The position numbers and the translations under genes were made by a program. The notes under the pieces were generated by a model. The model saw nothing but the letters and a program-made list of their open reading frames with translations. It did not search any database and had not been told where the DNA came from. From Nitrospirota bacterium (GTDB lineage Bacteria > Nitrospirota > Nitrospiria > 2-01-FULL-66-17), in assembly GCA_049325335.1 (NCBI GenBank), contig JBMOMC010000037.1, positions 13,487-77,486 on the forward strand: 64,000 nt of DNA, in the 5' to 3' direction. Shown in pieces: positions 31,120 through 41,710 of this stretch; the first letter of the stretch is position 1; each line of letters opens with the position of its first letter.

Positions 31120-32310
31120 TTACTTTCGTTCCAACACCATGGCCGCGCCGATGCCCCCACCCACGCACATGCTCGCGACGCCAAGATGCAGATTCCGCCG
31201 CTTCATCTCGCGGAGCACGGTGATCGCGAGCCGCGTGCCGGTCATGCCCACCGGGTGGCCCAGCGCAATCGCGCCCCCGTTGACGTTCACGATGTCGCGA
31301 TTTAAGCCCAGTTTCCGCTCCACGGCCAGGTACTGGGCCGCGAACGCCTCGTTGATCTCAAAGAGCTGAATATCGGACAAGGACAATTTGGCTTTTTTGA
31401 GCGCCAGCGGGATCGCCTCGGCCGGTCCGATCCCCATCCGCTCCGGCGCGACCCCGACAAAGGCGTACGAGCGGATGTATCCCAGCGGCTCGTACCCGAG
31501 CGCGCGAGCCCGCTCCGCCGACATCACCAGCGTGGCGGCCGCGCCGTCGTTGAGGGAACAGGAGTTGCCGGGCGTAACAGTCCCCCCCTCCTTAAACACG
31601 GTGGGGTACAGCGCGAGTTGCTGCTCGGTGAGCGCGGCATTCGGTCCTTCGTCCTGCGCGAACGGCTCGGGCGTGACCTCCTTGCCCGCCATCTTCTTGG
31701 GCACCGAGACGGTCACGATTTCGTCCTTGAATTTGCCTTCCCGCACCGCGCGGAACGCCCGCTTGTGCGAGAGTAACGCAAACCTGTCTTGTTCATCCCG
31801 GGTGACTTTGAACTCCTCGGCCAAATTCTCCGCAGTGTACCCCATGATCATGCCGCAGAACCCGTCGGTCAATCCCTCCCAAATGCTGTCGATGAACGAG
31901 CCGTGTTTGAGCCGCTTGCCCCACCGCATGTCGCGCGACACGAACGGCGCCTGGCTCATGCTCTCGGTGCCGCCCACGATCTGCACGTCCGCGTCGCCGG
32001 CCTGGATGGCCTGGTACGCGTTGACCAGCGATTGCAGCCCCGAGGAGCAGTTGCGCTGGACCGTGTACGCCGGCACCGTGATCGGCAGACCCGCGTACAA
32101 CGCGATGTTGCGCGCCATGTTGGTCGCGTCGGAGTGTTGGCCCACGCAGCCGAAGATCACCTCGTCCACCGCGTCGGGCGCGATCTTGGTGCGCTCGATC
32201 ACGGCCTTGACCACGGCCGCGCCCATGGCATGGGCGGTCACATCTTTCAGGGCCCCGCCGAAATTCCCGATCGGGGTGCGAACCCCGTCAACAATGACTA
32301 CGTCCTTCAT
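31120..32310 (-). CDS. Acetyl-CoA acyltransferase (thiolase)
   Basis: RNCSSG, NEAFA, GGAIALGHP, CVGGG. Confidence 0.95.
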   Translation of the reverse strand: MKDVVIVDGVRTPIGNFGGALKDVTAHAMGAAVVKAVIERTKIAPDAVDEVIFGCVGQHSDATNMARNIALYAGLPITVPAYTVQRNCSSGLQSLVNAYQAIQAGDADVQIVGGTESMSQAPFVSRDMRWGKRLKHGSFIDSIWEGLTDGFCGMIMGYTAENLAEEFKVTRDEQDRFALLSHKRAFRAVREGKFKDEIVTVSVPKKMAGKEVTPEPFAQDEGPNAALTEQQLALYPTVFKEGGTVTPGNSCSLNDGAAATLVMSAERARALGYEPLGYIRSYAFVGVAPERMGIGPAEAIPLALKKAKLSLSDIQLFEINEAFAAQYLAVERKLGLNRDIVNVNGGAIALGHPVGMTGTRLAITVLREMKRRNLHLGVASMCVGGGIGAAMVLERK

Positions 32311-32325
32311 ACGCGCTCCAGGCTG

Positions 32326-34008
32326 TTATCCCACCAGGGCATGACGCTTCTTGCGTTCCTCGTCCAGCAGTACGCGGCGCAACACCTTCCCCACGATGGT
32401 CCGGGGCAACTCGGAACGGAATTCCACGGCCTTGGGCACCTTAAATTTCGCCAGTTCCCGCCCGCAGTACGCGACGAGTTCCTCTTCGGTCGCGGTTTCG
32501 CCCTCCCGAAGGACCACGTACGCCTTGATCATCTCGCCCATGAATTCTTCCGGTACGCCGACCACCACCGCGTCCTTGACCTTAGGGTGCCGGAACAGAA
32601 CCTCCTCGATGTCGCGCGGGTACACATTTTCGCCCTTGGTCTTGATCATGTCCTTCTTGCGATCCACGATCGTGAAATACCCGTCAACGTCCATGGTCGC
32701 GATATCCCCGGTGTACAGCCACCCGTTGCGCAACACGCCGGCGGTTTCGTCGGGCCGCCGCCAATACCCCTTCATGACCTGGGGCCCGCGGATGACCAAT
32801 TCGCCGGATTCACCGACCGGCATCTCGCGCGTTCCCGTCTCCACGTCCATAACTGTAGCCTCGGTATCGGGCAACGGCAACCCGATGGTGCCCTTGATCC
32901 GCCGCCCGAAGATCGGGTTCACGTGCGTGACCGGCGAGGCCTCGCTCAACCCGAAGCCCTCTACCACCTTGCCGCCCGTCAACGCCTCGAACCGTTCCTG
33001 CACCTCCACGTGCAGCGGGCCCGCGCCGCTGATGCAGATCCGGATACACGACAGATCGTACCGCCCCACGTCCGGAAAATTGTTGATCGCCACGTACATG
33101 GCCTGCACACCCATAAAAATCGTGACGCGCGATTTCACGATGGCGCGCAACACGTCTTTGGTCGCAAAACGCGGGAGCAACACGATCAACCCGCCGGTGG
33201 CGATCGCCAAGTTCATGCAGGCCGTCATCCCGTACACGTGAAAAAACGGAATCACGCCCAGGAACACTTCCGCTCCATCGCGCAGGGACGGCATCCACGC
33301 GCGGCACTGCAGGGTGTTGGCGACCAGGTTGCGGTGCGTGAGCATCACGCCCTTGGGCACGCCGGTGGTGCCGCCCGTGTATTGCAGCAGGGCCAAATCG
33401 TCCGGCGCGACCTCAACATCCGGGGCCTCATCGCGTCCCGACGCCAGCAGGGATTGCCAATCATACACGGGCGGAGTCTTGGGCACGGAGACACTCGTAC
33501 CTTCGCGCCACGCCTTGAGCGGGTAGAGGATGGCCAAATACCACGGCAGCGCGTCCCGGACCGAGGTCACGATGACGGCCTCCAATCCCGCGCTCGCTCG
33601 CACCGCCTCGACCCGCGGGTAAAACAGATCGAGCGCCACGATCACCCGCGCCTCCGCGTCTCGGACCTGCTGTTCAATCTCCCGCTCCACGTACAACGGA
33701 TTGACCTCGACCACCACGGCCCCGAGCTTGAGCGCGCCGTAATAGGCGATGACGGCTTGCGGCGCGTTGGGCAACATCACCGCCACCCGATCCCCTTTGC
33801 GGACGCCCAGCCCGGCGAGCGCGTGCGCGAATCGGTTGGCGGCGCGGTCCAACTGAAGATAGGTGAGGCGTCGTCCGTAAAAATCCAACGCGGGGCGCGC
33901 GGGATACTTCTCAGCCGAGGCGGCCAAGAACCGGTGCAGGGGCACGGCGGGGTACTGGAGGGAGCCGGGAATCCCCGGCTCGTAGGAATCGACCCAGCGC
34001 GGGATCAT
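32326..34008 (-). CDS. fadD: Long-chain fatty acid--CoA ligase
   Basis: LQYTGGTTGVPKG, EGFGLSE, GWLYTGD, DRKKDMI, LPRTIVGKVLRR. Confidence 0.92.
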   Translation of the reverse strand: MIPRWVDSYEPGIPGSLQYPAVPLHRFLAASAEKYPARPALDFYGRRLTYLQLDRAANRFAHALAGLGVRKGDRVAVMLPNAPQAVIAYYGALKLGAVVVEVNPLYVEREIEQQVRDAEARVIVALDLFYPRVEAVRASAGLEAVIVTSVRDALPWYLAILYPLKAWREGTSVSVPKTPPVYDWQSLLASGRDEAPDVEVAPDDLALLQYTGGTTGVPKGVMLTHRNLVANTLQCRAWMPSLRDGAEVFLGVIPFFHVYGMTACMNLAIATGGLIVLLPRFATKDVLRAIVKSRVTIFMGVQAMYVAINNFPDVGRYDLSCIRICISGAGPLHVEVQERFEALTGGKVVEGFGLSEASPVTHVNPIFGRRIKGTIGLPLPDTEATVMDVETGTREMPVGESGELVIRGPQVMKGYWRRPDETAGVLRNGWLYTGDIATMDVDGYFTIVDRKKDMIKTKGENVYPRDIEEVLFRHPKVKDAVVVGVPEEFMGEMIKAYVVLREGETATEEELVAYCGRELAKFKVPKAVEFRSELPRTIVGKVLRRVLLDEERKKRHALVG

Positions 34009-34189
34009 GCAACCCCGCCGCGTGGAAACCGCACAGGTTGCACGCCCGGTCGGGCCATACGGAGGCTCTGAATCACGTCCCTATGGTTCCCAGCATCCCC
34101 GACAAGTCTTCCTCGACCCGGGATCGATGGCGCGACAAATAGCGAAACGGTATACCCAGCATCCCCCGTCTCGTCGCCGCTCGTGGCTG

Positions 34190-34218
34190 ACTCTAGCCCA
34201 GGGGATACCCGTTGTCAA
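34190..34218 (-). promoter_or_regulatory. Sigma70-type promoter of the fad operon
   Basis: TTGACA-N17-TAGAGT, about 180 nt upstream of the fadD ATG. Confidence 0.6.
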
Positions 34219-34295
34219 GAAATCGGGACGTCGCGGCGCCGCCGCGGGCGCGGTTGCGCTGGACTTTCCGTTGAGCCGGCTATACGATCAGTTGC

Positions 34296-34898
34296 GTGGC
34301 GACCGCACTCGATAAAGGCACGTTGCTCATCGCGGGTCCCGGCCTGTACGACCCCAACTTCCGCCAATCCGTGATTCTGCTCTGCGAGCACAACGACCGC
34401 GGCAGCATGGGCCTGGTCATCAACCGGCCGACGGAACTGGTGCTCACCGAGGCCGTCCACCAACTCTCCGGGACCGACCGCGACGACGTCATCTACTCGG
34501 GCGGGCCCGTCCAACCCGATCACCTGCTGATCCTGATTCGCTCCGACGCGGCGCCGCCCTCGTCCCACCATGTGTTCGGCGACGTGTACCTGGGCACGGA
34601 TCTGCCGACGCTCAAGTCGTTACTGGACCCGAATACCGCCCGCGAGGCCGCGCCGGATGCCGCCGAACCCCACCCGATGCCGACGGAATCCGCGTTTCGC
34701 GGCTACGCCGGGTACGCCGGATGGTCGCAGGGGCAACTCGACGCGGAGATGGCAACGGATTCCTGGATCGTCGCGCCGGCGGATTCCAAATGGATCTTCG
34801 ACGCGGATCCCAAAATCGTCTGGCCGGAGTTGATGCGCGCGTTGGGCCCGCGCCACGCCAAATACGCCACCATGCCGCGCGATCCGGGATTAAACTGA
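34296..34898 (+). CDS. YqgE/AlgH family protein
   Basis: LLIA, DPNFRQSVILLCEH, GLVINRP, GGPV, GYAGWSQGQLDAE. Confidence 0.93.
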   Translation: MATALDKGTLLIAGPGLYDPNFRQSVILLCEHNDRGSMGLVINRPTELVLTEAVHQLSGTDRDDVIYSGGPVQPDHLLILIRSDAAPPSSHHVFGDVYLGTDLPTLKSLLDPNTAREAAPDAAEPHPMPTESAFRGYAGYAGWSQGQLDAEMATDSWIVAPADSKWIFDADPKIVWPELMRALGPRHAKYATMPRDPGLN

Positions 34899-34950
34899 CC
34901 GACGCTCAGCAGTAATGATTAGGGCACGCCCAGTCGCCGGGAGACGGTGA

Positions 34951-35493
34951 CTACAGCCACCCCAACGCTTCCAGCTTCTTGATCACCTTCAGCGCGCACT
35001 GCTCTACACTCTCTTGGCTCGTGCGCAGCGTGACTTCGGGGTTGAGCGGCGCTTCGTAGGGATCGTCGATGCCCGTGAACTGTTTGAGCTCACCGGCCCG
35101 CGCCTTGCGGTACAGCCCCTTCACGTCGCGCGACTCGCACACATCGAGCGGGCACTCGGCGTAGACCTCCACGAACCGCCCCACCATCTTGCGCACCTCG
35201 TCGCGCACCCCGCGGTACGGCGAGATCGCGGCCGCGATGTTGGGCACCCCATGTTTGGTCAACACGTGGCAGACCCAGCCGATGCGACGGATATTGGTGT
35301 CGCGATCCTCGCGGCTGAACCCAAGGCCCTTGCTCAGGTGCGTGCGCACCACGTCGCCGTCCAGAATTTCCACCTCTCGCCCCATCCGCTGCCGTAACAA
35401 TTCCGCCAGACGATGCGCCACCGTGGTCTTGCCCGCGCCGGACAGGCCGGTGAACCAAATGGTAAAGCCCTTCTCCCCCACTCTGGTGGACAC
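34951..35493 (-). CDS. cysC: Adenylyl-sulfate (APS) kinase
   Basis: [49 protein letters not shown] start after AAAGGAG. Confidence 0.95.
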   Translation of the reverse strand: MSTRVGEKGFTIWFTGLSGAGKTTVAHRLAELLRQRMGREVEILDGDVVRTHLSKGLGFSREDRDTNIRRIGWVCHVLTKHGVPNIAAAISPYRGVRDEVRKMVGRFVEVYAECPLDVCESRDVKGLYRKARAGELKQFTGIDDPYEAPLNPEVTLRTSQESVEQCALKVIKKLEALGWL

Positions 35494-35516
35494 CGTTATT
35501 TGCTCCTTTCGTGTGA

Positions 35517-36491
35517 TCAGAATGAGTCGCTGACGTCTCGAACTCGCGCCGATTGGCGCGGCCTCATCACAGCCGGATGGATGTGTCCCCACGGGCTCAT
35601 TGGCCGGACGTGCCACCACAACGCACGGAAGAGAGACCCGATGACGTCCATGTCCGCTCGGATCATGCCGCGACACAACCTGGCCAATACAACGATCGTA
35701 AACACCGGCACGAACGCAACCCAGTGGTACGCCGAAGCGTGCTTACGCATAAAGTAGATCCAGTTTCGCGTTCGGTAGTACGCCGTGATGGGATTGAGCC
35801 CCTTCCCTGAGCTGGCCTCACCCTTGTGGTACACGATTGCGGAGGGCGCGCACACGACCCGATAGCCGACACGCCTGCCCCGAAAACACCAATCCACCTC
35901 GTCGTAGTACGCAAAAAACACCTCATCCAATAAGCCGACCTTCTCGATAAACTCACGCGACACCAGTAACGAGCACCCGACCACGTAATCCACGTCGCGC
36001 GGCTTCATGTCAGTCTCACGGTCCGGCTGTCCGGTTGCGATGCGCCGCCGATTAAACCACAAACTCTGCGACTCGCCGCACGAGTACACGAGGTGACGGT
36101 CAGGTTCACACAGCACCTTCGGCCCCACGACCCCGATGGTTCGATCCCCACCCGCAACGCGGGTGAGTTCGGTGAGCACATCGGGATCAACAATCGTATC
36201 GTTGTTGAGGATCAAGACGTAGTCGGCGCCCCGGCGCAAGGCCCAGTGAATGCCCGCGTTGTTCCCACCCGCGTAGCCGAGATTGCTCCCCGTTTCGATC
36301 ACATCCAGTCCGGGAAAGCGCCCCGCGAGCACCTCCGGCGAGCCGTCGGTGGAGCCGTTGTCGACGACGACCGCCGTGAACCGGGGGTAGCGAAGACGCT
36401 GGACCGACTCCACGCACCGAATCGTGTCGTCGCAACGATTCCAATTCAAAACAATGACGATGACAAGCGGCACGTGCTCCTCGGCCCTCAC
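35517..36491 (-). CDS. Glycosyltransferase family 2
   Basis: [38 protein letters not shown] start overlaps the upstream stop. Confidence 0.9.
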   Translation of the reverse strand: MRAEEHVPLVIVIVLNWNRCDDTIRCVESVQRLRYPRFTAVVVDNGSTDGSPEVLAGRFPGLDVIETGSNLGYAGGNNAGIHWALRRGADYVLILNNDTIVDPDVLTELTRVAGGDRTIGVVGPKVLCEPDRHLVYSCGESQSLWFNRRRIATGQPDRETDMKPRDVDYVVGCSLLVSREFIEKVGLLDEVFFAYYDEVDWCFRGRRVGYRVVCAPSAIVYHKGEASSGKGLNPITAYYRTRNWIYFMRKHASAYHWVAFVPVFTIVVLARLCRGMIRADMDVIGSLFRALWWHVRPMSPWGHIHPAVMRPRQSARVRDVSDSF

Positions 36492-37546
36492 GACGCGGAG
36501 GCTTTCGGACACGGCGGTGGCGATGCCGCCCAAAAGAGCAGCGCGCGGACGAGGTCCCTCCCCGCCCCTTTCATGCCTGAAGAATACCGGTGATAGCGCA
36601 GCGTCAGCAGCTCCCGAACCACCATGGGGAAACGGGACAACGGTCGGCTGGACATCAGCGCCCTCGCCCGGAGGTGCCGCACCTTCGCACGAAACAGGGC
36701 CAGAACGGGATGCGTCGGCGACTCCAAGACCGCCGCCAAACGGTCGCATGCCATCTGGTATCGATCGGCGTAGGCAACGAAGTCGTGATCCCATTTTCCG
36801 ACGTACGCGCGGGGATCCGCCCAGGCATCGGAGACGGCCGCCCGCACCATCTCGAAGACACTCGTCTCGCGTTCGCGCTTCATCTTCATCGCACCGATCT
36901 GCTGCCCGCCGTGCTGCCGGTAATCAATCAGTGGATCGGGAATGATGGCCAAGTCGGCGACGGCGGAGATCAGCAAGGCCATCCACGCATCGTGCATCCA
37001 ATCCGCGGGAATGGGGAGAATCAACTTGCGGAAGTCCGAGCGAAACACCGCCGTGGCACCGGTCACCACGTTTTCCTTGAGGAGCACCTCCAAGCCGCGC
37101 CCATCCCGTACCAACCGCCGCTGAGCGGCATCAAACCCCACAGCCTCCCACAGGCGATAGCCCAGGGGGCAAAGCGAGTCATCCACCACCTCGCCATCGG
37201 TGAACACCGCCCCGACATCGGGCGACATCGAGAACGCCGCAACAATCCGCTCCAGCTTCTCAAGCCGCCACACGTCGTCCTGATCCGACAACGCGATCAG
37301 ATCGCCTTCACACCGTTGGATTGCCTGCTCGAAATTCTTGGTGGAACCGAGAGCCGTCGGATTGAGGAAGAGACGGACCGGAAACGGCGCGTGAGACGCG
37401 AAGGCCCGAACGATGGCGACCGTGTCGTCGGTCGAGCCGTCGTCGCAGACCACCAGCTCGTGGGGCGTGAGCGTTTGCGCCGCGAGGCTCTCGAGCTGCT
37501 CCGCGAGGTACCGGCGACCGTTGTACGTGGCCAACGCGACGGACAC
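36488..37546 (-). CDS. Glycosyltransferase family 2 (rhamnosyltransferase-like)
   Basis: VALATYNG, VCDDGSTD, LSDQDDVW, MHDAW, YRQH. Confidence 0.9.
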   Translation of the reverse strand: MSVALATYNGRRYLAEQLESLAAQTLTPHELVVCDDGSTDDTVAIVRAFASHAPFPVRLFLNPTALGSTKNFEQAIQRCEGDLIALSDQDDVWRLEKLERIVAAFSMSPDVGAVFTDGEVVDDSLCPLGYRLWEAVGFDAAQRRLVRDGRGLEVLLKENVVTGATAVFRSDFRKLILPIPADWMHDAWMALLISAVADLAIIPDPLIDYRQHGGQQIGAMKMKRERETSVFEMVRAAVSDAWADPRAYVGKWDHDFVAYADRYQMACDRLAAVLESPTHPVLALFRAKVRHLRARALMSSRPLSRFPMVVRELLTLRYHRYSSGMKGAGRDLVRALLFWAASPPPCPKASAS

Positions 37547-37586
37547 GCGCCCGCCCTGAGGAGCCCGCTCGGCTCCGGCCGCCCTC

Positions 37587-40394
37587 TTAGATTCTGAAGC
37601 TAAAATCCGTCTTCTCGAGCGTCAGGTTGGGACTGTAATACGGATCGCCGGCGTCGAAGACGCGCTTCCAGCGCGTCTTCATCAACGCGATCTCCCGGTC
37701 CAGCCGCGCTCGCTCCTCCGGTTTGTCGTCATGCCCCCGGCTCACGGACTCGTGGTGATAGAGCTCGGCGTACGGGGTATAGACGACCAGGTAGCCCTTG
37801 TCCCGAATCCTCAGGCAGAGATCCACGTCGTTGAACGAATGCGAGAACGCCTCGTCGAAGCCGCCCACCTCGTCGAAGACCGTCCGCCGCATCATCATGC
37901 ACGCCGCGGTGACCGCGGTCAGGTTCTGAATGATGTTGATCCGTCCCATGTACCCCCGGGCCGACCGGGGATAGTGCTTGTGCGCGTGGTCCGCAACACC
38001 CCAGTAGCCAACGATCGTCCCGGCGTGCTGAATGGTATCGTTCGGGTAGTACAGCTTAGCTCCCACGGCCCCCACGTCGTCCCGCTGCGCGAATTCCAAC
38101 ATGGCGTCGAGCCACTCGGGGTTGATCACCTCGGTGTCATTGTTCAGAAACACCAGATAGTCCGAGTCCGTGCCGCGAACCGCGAAGTTGTTGACGGCGG
38201 AAAAATTGAAGGGCTGGTCATACCGCGCCACCCGGACCTTGGCGTGATCCGTGACGCGGTCGAAATACGCCAACGTCTCCGGCTCCCGACTTCCGTTGTC
38301 GACGATCAGGATCGTGAAGACCTCATGACGCGTCTTGGCGAGCACGGACGACACGCAGCGCTCCAGCAGATGGAGCTTGTCTCTGGTGGGCACGATGATG
38401 GTGACATGCTGGCCCGGCCGCACGCGATACTTGACGCGGTAACTTCCCAGCGCGTCGCCGTCCAGGACCTCCGCGTCCAGGCCGCGGCGAGTCAGGTGCT
38501 CCGCGATGGCCCGTTTCGCGGCGGAGACGGCATACGGCTTCACCTTCACCCCGGCCGCGGTCGATGCCGTGGCCGCCCGCCAGTGATACAGCACCTTGGG
38601 AATCCGCCGGATCGCCTGCGTCTTCTCAACCGCGCGCAGCAGCAGGTCGTAGTCCTGCGCCCCGTCATATCCCTCGCGAAACCCGCCCAACTCGTCCAGG
38701 ATCCGCTTCCTCACCACCGCGAAATGACACAGGTAGTTATAGGACAGGAACGTGTCCGGCGCCCACCCTGACTTGAACTCCGGATCATATCGCCTGGTGC
38801 CCGAGGCCGGCACCTTATCTTCGTCGGAGTAGATGATGTCCGTGGGCGAGCCCTGATTGAGCAGCTTGACGACTTCGTGCAACGCAAACGGCGCGAGCAT
38901 ATCATCGTGGTCCAGAAACCCCACGTACTCTCCGGACGCTAGCCGCAACGCTTCGTTCGCGTTGCCGGCGATCCCGCGGTTCTTGTCCAGCCGCAGGAAT
39001 TTGACTCTGGGTTCCCTGCCCGTGAACGCCTCGATGATTTCCCTCACGTACGGCTGATCGGATCCCCCGTCGACGATGCACAGCTCCCAGCGGTCGTAGA
39101 GCTGATCGGCCACGGATTCGAGACAGCGGGTCAGGGCATACCGCGTGGGATTGAACACCGGCGTCACCAGGCTGACCAGCGGCCGGTACGACCAGGCCGT
39201 GGACTCCGCCCGCATCGTCGGGAATTCAGCGCGCGTCGGCTCATGCTTCGTGATCCAAAATCGATATGGCCAGTACTCCATGTACACGAAATTGACCAAC
39301 CCATGCTCGATGATTTTTCTGGCCTTCGCGTCCACCCAACTGTAAACAGCTCGTCTCCCCGAATGAAGAGGGAGCAGCGTATCCCGTACCCGGTGGTACT
39401 TCCTCACGAGAACACGGGTCAGTTTGTAATGGATCCGATTCAATTCCGAGTCTCGATTCGCCAGCGCGGACTCCAACGCGGCCACTCGCTGCGCAAGCGC
39501 CTTCTCTGACGTGAGTCGTGCGTCAATCTCGTGCCGAAAATAGGCCGAAAACTCGGTAAATGTCCGGCGAACCTGTTCGACCGGGTTCTGAAATCCTGGA
39601 TCGGAAACCCGTACGGCGTTTCGCGCGATGTCGTCCAACATCCGGTGCAGGTGAACGACATCATCCGGCGCCTGTTCCGCCAACAGCTCCTCGCGTGGGG
39701 ACGCGTTATGCCGAAGGTCCGGCCTGAGAAACCCCTGCATGTCCTTCCGAAGTTGGGAATCGTCCTGCAGCCACAAAACGCCGAGCCCAGCCGCGCACCG
39801 CCTCAACTCAGGCTCCCAGTCGCTCATCAACCGGTCGAATGACACAAACACCGTCGGAACACCTCGAACCGCATCCAACGCGGCCAGATTCGCCGTCAAC
39901 CAAAGGCCCCACGACTTCTCGAACGGGAATCCGTCGCGCCGCTTCAACGACTTCGCGACATCAAGCGGATTGCGGACGACATAGACACAAGATAACGAGA
40001 TGCCCAACTCCGCCAACACATCCTTCCAAAGCGGAAGGATGAGCGTGGTCCGGGGATCCTTCCATGCCCATAACGGCCGTGGGCCGAACTGGGTGCGAAC
40101 CAACCTCACTAATTCATCTCGGAAGTCCTTGACCTCCGGTGATCGCTCCCATCCCGCTGGAAGCAAGCCGACCGTGTGCCATCTCCGTCCAAATCTCGCG
40201 AGAATTCTGTCGTGCAAGTCGACGACATCGCGTCGCTCAAACACCCCTTCTTGATTGTCAGGAACCGGCGGTAGAAGCTCCCTCTCTTCTCCAAGATAGG
40301 CCCCGAGAAGATTGACCGCCCGCGAGACCACCGACGTGCCGCTCCGGTGCATGCCGAGAATACACACGGCTCGCGGCGACCTCTTAGAGTCCAT
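37587..40394 (-). CDS. Multidomain sulfotransferase-coiled coil-GT2-GT2 protein
   Basis: N-terminal ILGMHRSGTS...WKDPRT...RNPLDVAKSL; heptad stretch EKALAQRVAALESALANRDSELNRI; GT2 #1 (VTPVFN, FLDHDD, GAQDYDL); GT2 #2 (IVPTRD, VDNGS, FLNNDT, NDVDLCL). Confidence 0.88.
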   Translation of the reverse strand: MDSKRSPRAVCILGMHRSGTSVVSRAVNLLGAYLGEERELLPPVPDNQEGVFERRDVVDLHDRILARFGRRWHTVGLLPAGWERSPEVKDFRDELVRLVRTQFGPRPLWAWKDPRTTLILPLWKDVLAELGISLSCVYVVRNPLDVAKSLKRRDGFPFEKSWGLWLTANLAALDAVRGVPTVFVSFDRLMSDWEPELRRCAAGLGVLWLQDDSQLRKDMQGFLRPDLRHNASPREELLAEQAPDDVVHLHRMLDDIARNAVRVSDPGFQNPVEQVRRTFTEFSAYFRHEIDARLTSEKALAQRVAALESALANRDSELNRIHYKLTRVLVRKYHRVRDTLLPLHSGRRAVYSWVDAKARKIIEHGLVNFVYMEYWPYRFWITKHEPTRAEFPTMRAESTAWSYRPLVSLVTPVFNPTRYALTRCLESVADQLYDRWELCIVDGGSDQPYVREIIEAFTGREPRVKFLRLDKNRGIAGNANEALRLASGEYVGFLDHDDMLAPFALHEVVKLLNQGSPTDIIYSDEDKVPASGTRRYDPEFKSGWAPDTFLSYNYLCHFAVVRKRILDELGGFREGYDGAQDYDLLLRAVEKTQAIRRIPKVLYHWRAATASTAAGVKVKPYAVSAAKRAIAEHLTRRGLDAEVLDGDALGSYRVKYRVRPGQHVTIIVPTRDKLHLLERCVSSVLAKTRHEVFTILIVDNGSREPETLAYFDRVTDHAKVRVARYDQPFNFSAVNNFAVRGTDSDYLVFLNNDTEVINPEWLDAMLEFAQRDDVGAVGAKLYYPNDTIQHAGTIVGYWGVADHAHKHYPRSARGYMGRINIIQNLTAVTAACMMMRRTVFDEVGGFDEAFSHSFNDVDLCLRIRDKGYLVVYTPYAELYHHESVSRGHDDKPEERARLDREIALMKTRWKRVFDAGDPYYSPNLTLEKTDFSFRI

Positions 40395-40475
40395 CAACTC
40401 CTCATGACCCCGCCCGCCGCCACTCATATCGCGATCCTCGCCATTTACGTCGGTTCCGCAACCTGCTGCCAGCGC

Positions 40476-41705
40476 TTATCCGCTACGACGACTCTTCACA
40501 TCCGAGTCTGAAAGAGCATTGACCGTCCAATGATGCGACAGCAAACACAATCCTTCCGCTTTGTATGCCGTTGATCGGACTGTGAACGAGGCGGCATCAT
40601 GTCGCACTGCGATACGACCCACTGCACTGCTCTCGAAGAACGCCACCCTGAGTCTATACGTGCCTGGGAGCACGATCGAGTCCGGATAGTGAAGCACCAA
40701 TTCATAGACTCCCGGCATGAAAGGGAGCGGCATGCCGTCTCGTTTGGTGTTGAGACCGCAAACGTTGATCCGTTCGCGGTTGAGAATCGCGACAGCTCCC
40801 ACGATGCCCGGATATTCCTTGGTAAGCCGATATGACACGCACACTGTGAACGATTCCCCGAACCCGAGTTCCGAAACAACCTCCCCTCCCTTATTTCTAA
40901 CAACGACCTGTTCAATCGAAACGACGGATTCCCCGTCATGCATAACGGTCTTGTCCTCGCGGCCCGCGGCAGCCGACTCCGCCATGACATCCGCGTAGGA
41001 GTCGGTGACGGAAACCACATCACCTTCCGCCCGGACCATCCCGTGATCGAGCCAGAGTGCCCGCGTGCAGAAATTCCGAATAACGTGAATCTGGTGGCTC
41101 ACCAATACGATAGTCCGGCCTGATCGTTGAAATGACTTGAGTCGTTCAACGCATTTCAACTGGAATGCGATGTCGCCCACCGCCAGGGCCTCGTCGATGA
41201 CGAGAATATCTGGGTCCACACTGATCGCGGTCGAGAAGGCCAACCGGACGAACATGCCGCTGGAGTAGTGCTTGACCGGTTGATCGATAAACTCCCCGAT
41301 GTCGGCGAACGCTTCAATGTCGGCAATTCGCCGGTTCATCTCGGCCCTCTTGAGCCCCATGAGCGCGCCGGTCATGTAGACGTTGTCTCGCCCGCTGAAT
41401 TCCGGATGAAAACCCGCGCCCAGTTCCAGAAGCGACGCCACCCTGCCGTTCACCTGGACGTTTCCGCTCGTTGGACGGATCACACCGCACAGAATCTTCA
41501 GCAGAGTACTTTTCCCACTGCCATTATGTCCGACAATACCAAGGGTCTCGCCTTGCTCAACCGCAACTGACACCCCGTTCAGGGCAGCAAACTCCTTCCG
41601 CGCCCCTGCGCTCTTCAGGCCCAGAAGTTGAAACAGGCGATCTTTCGGTGAGCGATACAGTCGATAGACCTTCCTGAGATCCTGAACGTCGAGCGCCGTC
41701 GGCAT
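40476..41705 (-). CDS. wzt: Polysaccharide ABC exporter ATPase with C-terminal carbohydrate-binding-like extension
   Basis: GHNGSGKST, LLELGAGFHPE, YSSGMFVRLAF, IDEALAVGD, plus about 160 aa of beta-rich C-terminal domain. Confidence 0.92.
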   Translation of the reverse strand: MPTALDVQDLRKVYRLYRSPKDRLFQLLGLKSAGARKEFAALNGVSVAVEQGETLGIVGHNGSGKSTLLKILCGVIRPTSGNVQVNGRVASLLELGAGFHPEFSGRDNVYMTGALMGLKRAEMNRRIADIEAFADIGEFIDQPVKHYSSGMFVRLAFSTAISVDPDILVIDEALAVGDIAFQLKCVERLKSFQRSGRTIVLVSHQIHVIRNFCTRALWLDHGMVRAEGDVVSVTDSYADVMAESAAAGREDKTVMHDGESVVSIEQVVVRNKGGEVVSELGFGESFTVCVSYRLTKEYPGIVGAVAILNRERINVCGLNTKRDGMPLPFMPGVYELVLHYPDSIVLPGTYRLRVAFFESSAVGRIAVRHDAASFTVRSTAYKAEGLCLLSHHWTVNALSDSDVKSRRSG

Positions 41706-41710
41706 GAGCG

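Noticed and set aside
31789..34071. Long antisense ORFs (760 aa here; also 7030-8727, 9913-11196, 57732-59519)
   Set aside because: These are shadow frames of GC-rich genes with no recognisable motifs.
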